Shown: piece by piece, positions 31,944 to 36,534 of the stretch
Numbering within the stretch: the stretch's first letter is position 1
How the letters are laid out: each line of letters starts with the position of its first letter
From: Candidatus Thalassarchaeum betae
Lineage (GTDB): Archaea; Thermoplasmatota; Poseidoniia; Poseidoniales; Thalassarchaeaceae
Direction: 5' to 3'
NCBI GenBank assembly: GCA_003193925.1
Contig: PSPG01000014.1
Span: 1 to 36,534 of the forward strand
Length of the DNA: 36,534 bases
The notes under the pieces: model-generated
Database searches by the model: none
Seen by the model: the letters and a program-made list of their open reading frames with translations, nothing else
What the model was told of the DNA's origin: nothing
Made by a program: the position numbers and the translations under genes

Positions 31944-33029
31944 CTACGCTGCTAGCGACTCGTCGAGGCGTTGCGCCACTGTCCTCAGGCGCCGCAGCGT
32001 CCTGTCGGCCCGACGCATCACCCGCTCCTTGACCGCGGCACCGTCCCGCCCGGCGATCCTGATCCCATACGGCATCCTGCCTCCCAGCGTGTTGAGCAGG
32101 ACCCTCTGTGCGTCGAGCGGCACCTGCGCGAGTATGTCCTGCACCTTCTCGATGTTCAGTGACTTCTTCCTCACCCCGGCGATCAGGGCCTTCGAGACCG
32201 ACTCGTCCAGACGTCCCAGCCCCCCTCGCGTCATCAGCCACTCCTCGCCGCGCGCGTCGTGCTGGCGCATCAGGCCGGCGTAGACGTCCTGCGCGATTCG
32301 GTCGAGCATCGGGATGCGCTCTGCGATTCCCATCACGCGCATGCGCTCGACCGTGCGTTGCACGCGCGAGCGCGAGTCGCTTGTCTTGTCAGCTAGCGTG
32401 AGCAGGGTCATCGCCCGCCCGCTCGGAGCCATCTCCTCGAAGAGTTGACGTGCGAGTCTGTCATCGGGCTTGGCCCGCTCGCCGTTCAATCCGAGGTCGC
32501 GCATCAACGCATCCAGCCGGTCCTCGCCATCCGCAGTCGCACCCGGCTCGGCGACCCCGACTCGGAAGCCGAACTCCTCGTCCTCGCTCGCGACAGCCAT
32601 CCTCTCATCGGACTCGGTGATTGCAGCAGCGAGCTCGGAGAGCCGCAGATCCAGTATCGCACGTGCTTGGGCCGAGACCAAATCGACGGCCGCACTGATC
32701 GAGCCGCCACGTAGGACGTGGATGTGCCAGCGTCCCTTGGTCTCGACTGAGACCAGCCCCGACTCCTTCAGTTTCACCAATTGGTGGTGCATGCCGGTCT
32801 GGGAGAGCCCGCAAGCATCGCCGAGAGCCTTGGTGTCCCAGCCTCGCAAGGGCTCTCGGAGCAGGGTCTCGCGCATCAGGCGATGCAGCGCCCCCTGCTC
32901 GTCCTCGATGGTCATCCCCTCGGATTTCCTCTTCACGAGACCCATGGAATCGAGCAGCCAGGCGAGCAGGACATCGGGGTCCTTGCTCCCCGTCGGCATG
33001 GGTGATTCCAACAGTCTGATTCTGAACAT
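31944..33029 (-). CDS. Tandem winged-HTH (ArsR-like) regulator
   Basis: LGDACGLSQTGMHHQLVKLKESGLV and LADKTSDSRSRVQRTVERMRVMGI. Confidence 0.75.
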   Translation of the reverse strand: MFRIRLLESPMPTGSKDPDVLLAWLLDSMGLVKRKSEGMTIEDEQGALHRLMRETLLREPLRGWDTKALGDACGLSQTGMHHQLVKLKESGLVSVETKGRWHIHVLRGGSISAAVDLVSAQARAILDLRLSELAAAITESDERMAVASEDEEFGFRVGVAEPGATADGEDRLDALMRDLGLNGERAKPDDRLARQLFEEMAPSGRAMTLLTLADKTSDSRSRVQRTVERMRVMGIAERIPMLDRIAQDVYAGLMRQHDARGEEWLMTRGGLGRLDESVSKALIAGVRKKSLNIEKVQDILAQVPLDAQRVLLNTLGGRMPYGIRIAGRDGAAVKERVMRRADRTLRRLRTVAQRLDESLAA

Positions 33030-33085
33030 GCGCGCTCCGCGCGCATTCCGTGGCTCAAGAGGCTTAGCCAGCCCTCAGCGCCTAC

Positions 33086-33739
33086 TCATGCGTATTCGAC
33101 GCGTATGTCCAGCCACGGGTAGTCTACCTGTGAGGTCTGGAGGCGGGACAGATGAGGCGCCAGGGTGAGCCCGCCAGCGCACAGTATGCCGCGCTGGCGG
33201 AGGACTCCTATGGCCGAGTGGACCGAGGCTCGCGAGCGTCCGAGGTCGCGAGCCAGTTGGGCCTGCGACGGGGGTTCCGGGTTCTCCGAGAGTCTGGAGA
33301 CGATGTTGCGCTGGACGGTTGACAGGCCGACTGGCAGCATCGCCGCTGCCTGGCTCTGGTCAGTCACTCCGGTGCCGGCCAGGATCTCGACCTGCGTGGG
33401 CGCGCCGGCATAGTAGCAGGTGCGTCCGTTCACCGGCATGATGGTGATAGAGCGCTCCCTGACCAGCACGTCGAGGTGATGTCGCAGTGTTCCGTTGGCC
33501 GTATCCAGTTGGCGCTGCAACTCGCGGAAGTGGATTCCGGGCGAGCGCTCGAGCGTGTTCAGGATGCGCTTCCTGAGCGGATGCTCCCACGAGTGACTGC
33601 GAGGAGCTACCAGAGTGCCCTGTGCGGCTGGGGCGATGAATGGGAGAAACCCCCCCAGTCCCAAGGCGCCACCCGCGAGCGCAGCGAGCCCATCCACGAA
33701 CCAAGGACGCGTACTGCGCCATTGCTCAATCAGAGCCAT
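33086..33739 (-). CDS. Double winged-HTH regulator with N-terminal hydrophobic segment
   Basis: HPLRKRIL..PGIHFRELQR..GTLRHHL and SQAQLARDLGRSRASVH. Confidence 0.8.
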   Translation of the reverse strand: MALIEQWRSTRPWFVDGLAALAGGALGLGGFLPFIAPAAQGTLVAPRSHSWEHPLRKRILNTLERSPGIHFRELQRQLDTANGTLRHHLDVLVRERSITIMPVNGRTCYYAGAPTQVEILAGTGVTDQSQAAAMLPVGLSTVQRNIVSRLSENPEPPSQAQLARDLGRSRASVHSAIGVLRQRGILCAGGLTLAPHLSRLQTSQVDYPWLDIRVEYA

Positions 33740-33813
33740 GACCCCTTTCGTCGACGTACGACCTTTGAAGCATACGGTCAGTTGTATCGGCCGTGCTCAG
33801 GTCCGTGCACGCC

Positions 33814-34269
33814 TCACTTCGGACCGACGACACGGCCCTGGTGCAACTTCATGTAAGCGACCAACGGGCTCAGCAGCCTACCAGCCTCGCGCCCGTGGTC
33901 GGTCAGGTGGTAGATGACTCGTATAGGGGGCCCCTCCACGACGACTCTGTCGATCAGCCCGTTCTGCACGCAAGTAGTCAGCTTGTCAGACAGGGTCCTG
34001 CTGCTGATCCCGCGAAGCAGGGTTCGCATCTCGTTGAAGCGGCGGTCGCCTGCGATGTACAGGGTGGCGAGTATCTCGATGGTCCACTTGGAGCTGAAGA
34101 TGGAGAAGGCGTCGACGGCGGCATCGACCTCCCAGCTGACGTCGAAGCCATCGTTGTAGTAGGACTCGAAGGCCCGGCGGATCATGCCTCCGTTTTCCTC
34201 GACATCAGAGATGGCCTGCCTAATCCTCTTGAGGTCGGAGGCGGAGATTCTCATGGGGGCAAGAGCCAT
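33814..34269 (-). CDS. HxlR family transcriptional regulator
   Basis: SKWTIEIL, RFNEM...GISSRTLSDKL, PPIRVIYHLTDHG. Confidence 0.9.
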   Translation of the reverse strand: MALAPMRISASDLKRIRQAISDVEENGGMIRRAFESYYNDGFDVSWEVDAAVDAFSIFSSKWTIEILATLYIAGDRRFNEMRTLLRGISSRTLSDKLTTCVQNGLIDRVVVEGPPIRVIYHLTDHGREAGRLLSPLVAYMKLHQGRVVGPK

Positions 34270-34401
34270 GCGCAACAGGTTGTCCAGGCGGCATTTAGTG
34301 TATAAAATGCACCTAGGTGTACTCGTGCAAACTGGCCCGTTGAAATACCAGAGGTTTTCGGCTCAGTGTGAAAACTACACTTAGTAGCAGGAGGACACCA
34401 C

Positions 34402-34554
34402 ATGGACAGATTATTGGAGAACTGGTTGGACGAGACGATAGCCGAAATGAAAGTTGAGACGGATTGGTCTGAGCTGAGTTTGAGGGACTTCATCTTCAGC
34501 GCGATCGCCGAGTACCGAGCACCCGCATGGGTTCAGTCGCCACGCCGAGTCTGA
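34402..34554 (+). CDS. 50-aa hypothetical protein (not in the ORF track)
   Basis: SD GGAGG at 34390-34394, ATG 34402, TGA 34552-34554; fills the intergenic gap; MDRLLENWLDETIAEMKVETDWSELSLRDFIFSAIAEYRAPAWVQSPRRV. Confidence 0.65.
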   Translation: MDRLLENWLDETIAEMKVETDWSELSLRDFIFSAIAEYRAPAWVQSPRRV

Positions 34555-34557
34555 GTC

Positions 34558-36534
34558 TCAGGCGTTGGTGTAACTGGGGCGACGTCCCTCGATTAGCGCG
34601 CTGAGTCCCTCGAGCGCGTCGGACGTCCCGAAAATCCTATCAAGCCCCTCGAGCTCTCTCGTCAGGCCCGCTTTGAGATTCGAGTCAGCAGCACTGTCGA
34701 GCAACCCGTTGGCCATCGCGAGCGCGATGGGCGCGGCCCGCGACAGCGACTTGAGTTGCCGCGAGACTATCTTGTCCTCGACATCGAAGCCCTCCGGCAC
34801 CCCGCCGGACATCAGGGCCGACATGTTGCCATCGGAGTAGAAGGCGGCGGCGAAGGCTGCCGCGGGATGGCTTTCGTCGGTAGGTCGGCCGGGGTACTTG
34901 TCGCCTGGCTTGCCTTGCTCGACGATGGCGTCGACAGTGGCTTGGATCTCCGAGGGCTCGACCAGGTGAGTCAGCAGGCCGAGTGCCTCAGCGGATGTCG
35001 CATCGAGGAAGTTGCTTGCGAGCACGGCGAAGCGAGCGCACTCCAGACCGCAAATACGCGGGGTCCGCTGGGTGCCCCCGAGCCCGGGGTAGATCCCGAT
35101 GCTGGTCTCGGGGAACCTGAACTGGGTGCGGCGGGTGCCGACCCTGTAGTCGCATGCCAGCGCGAGCTCTAGTCCCCCGCCGAGCGCCAGCCCGGTGGTC
35201 AGGGCGATCGTGGTCTTCGGGCTGCTCTCCAGTTTGTCCAGCACCGCGTGCCCGTGCGCTGTGAAGTCGTAGATGTCCTGGATGGCGTCGGCGCGGATCT
35301 TGTCGACGAAGAACTTCACGTCCGCGCCGGCGACGAAGGCCTTGCCAGCTCCCTCCAGTGTGATGGCGCTGATGTCATCGCGGGCGTTCAACTCGTCCAG
35401 CGCTTCACCCAACTGCGACACCACGGTCACGTTCAGCGCGTTCATCGCCTCCGGCCTGTTGATACGTACTGTGGCGATGCCGCCATCGACCTCGACGTCG
35501 ATGTAGGAGAACTCGAACGGCTCCTTCCTGCTAGCGAACCAGTCAGCCAGCTCCAGCCCCGCCTCGTCGGCGTAGGCAACGGCCATGCGGACAGCCTCGC
35601 CCACGCCGATGCGGTTGGCCAACTCGAACGGCCCACGCGCCCAGCGCAGGCCGACCTTCGCCCCGCGGTCGACGTCCTCCATCGAGCAGATGCCCTCTGC
35701 GACGATTTGCGAGGCGACCGCGAAGACCTGTCCGAGGAGACGCTGGCGGATGACCGCAGCCACCTCCTCGCCGCAATTCACATCATCACCGATCTCCCAG
35801 GTCCTGCCCCCGGCGACGAGGTCACGCAGACTCTGAGTCCCGATGTAGCGGGGGCTGTTCAGCTGCTCTGCGAGGTAATCGGTCGAGTGCAGAGCGATTG
35901 GGGAGCCTGTGAGGTTCATCAGCGCGAACGGACCCAGTCCGATGCGGAAAGCCTCGCACGCGACCGCGTCTATCTGCGCGGTCGAGCCCACGCCCTCCTC
36001 TAGCAGCCTGCAGGCCTCGTTGAGCCAGGGCACGAAGAAGCGGTTGACCACGAATCCGGGCCTGTCCTTGCAGACGATGACCACCTTCCCCATCGTCTTG
36101 CAGTACTGCTCGACGGCAGCCAGCGTCTCAGCGGAGGTGGAGGCCGCCGGGATGATCTCGACGAGCCTGTTCTTGGCCGGGTGGTAGAAGAAGTGGAGCC
36201 CGATGAACCTATTCGGCCTGCCGACCGCTCCGGCCAGCGCGTTCACCGAGAGCGACGAGGTGTTGCTCGCTAGGATGGTGTGCTCGTCGCAGACTTCGTC
36301 GAGGATGCCGAACACCTCGGTCTTGATGCCGAAGTCCTCGAACACCGCCTCGATGACCAAGTCGGTGTCTGGTGAGATGTTCTCGGTCCCGACCACCCCG
36401 GTGATCCGGCCCTTGATGCCCTCGACCTGCGCCAGCGAGAAGATCCGCCTCTCGACCGCCTCCCCGAGGAACTCGGAGATGATGTCATGGCCGCGGTCGA
36501 CCCACTGCTGCTCGCGATCGACCATCTGGACCTC
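34558..36534 (-). CDS. 3-hydroxyacyl-CoA dehydrogenase / enoyl-CoA hydratase fusion (5' end beyond the window)
   Basis: VIEAVFE, ASNTSSL, GLHFFYHP, PGFVVNR, then INRPEAMNALN, AFVAGAD, ALGGGLELALACD, PETSIGIYPG. Confidence 0.95.
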   Translation of the reverse strand, partial: EVQMVDREQQWVDRGHDIISEFLGEAVERRIFSLAQVEGIKGRITGVVGTENISPDTDLVIEAVFEDFGIKTEVFGILDEVCDEHTILASNTSSLSVNALAGAVGRPNRFIGLHFFYHPAKNRLVEIIPAASTSAETLAAVEQYCKTMGKVVIVCKDRPGFVVNRFFVPWLNEACRLLEEGVGSTAQIDAVACEAFRIGLGPFALMNLTGSPIALHSTDYLAEQLNSPRYIGTQSLRDLVAGGRTWEIGDDVNCGEEVAAVIRQRLLGQVFAVASQIVAEGICSMEDVDRGAKVGLRWARGPFELANRIGVGEAVRMAVAYADEAGLELADWFASRKEPFEFSYIDVEVDGGIATVRINRPEAMNALNVTVVSQLGEALDELNARDDISAITLEGAGKAFVAGADVKFFVDKIRADAIQDIYDFTAHGHAVLDKLESSPKTTIALTTGLALGGGLELALACDYRVGTRRTQFRFPETSIGIYPGLGGTQRTPRICGLECARFAVLASNFLDATSAEALGLLTHLVEPSEIQATVDAIVEQGKPGDKYPGRPTDESHPAAAFAAAFYSDGNMSALMSGGVPEGFDVEDKIVSRQLKSLSRAAPIALAMANGLLDSAADSNLKAGLTRELEGLDRIFGTSDALEGLSALIEGRRPSYTNA

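Overview
GC-rich archaeal genomic DNA (aIF5B, L7Ae, S28e, L24e, S2, deoxyhypusine synthase, geranylgeranyl reductase, PGF-CTERM sorting signals, plus bacterial-type UvrB). The gene content suggests a Thermoplasmatota marine lineage such as Ca. Poseidoniales/MGII; this is an inference. Most of the window is housekeeping: translation, quinone biosynthesis, ccmF, beta-oxidation, tRNA-Ile(GAT). The standout is a four-gene minus-strand operon at 145-3179. It encodes a heme-copper oxidase subunit I with a rewired active site (high-spin heme His->Tyr, one CuB His->Tyr, two extra His on helix VI), a CuA subunit II, a small 2-TM subunit, and a circularly permuted, PGF-anchored blue-copper protein lacking the axial Met. 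Other points of interest: an AT-rich, palindrome- and iteron-containing intergenic region resembling a replication origin (15.9-16.15 kb), a secreted peptide with a 39-bp tandem repeat next to a CocE/NonD hydrolase inside the rpl24e-ndk interval, a structured intergenic RNA candidate (29.06-29.2 kb), an Hc1-like protein, an apparent 1-nt frameshift at the ccmF 5' end, and an unannotated 50-aa ORF. All calls come from reading motifs by eye; no database searches were run.
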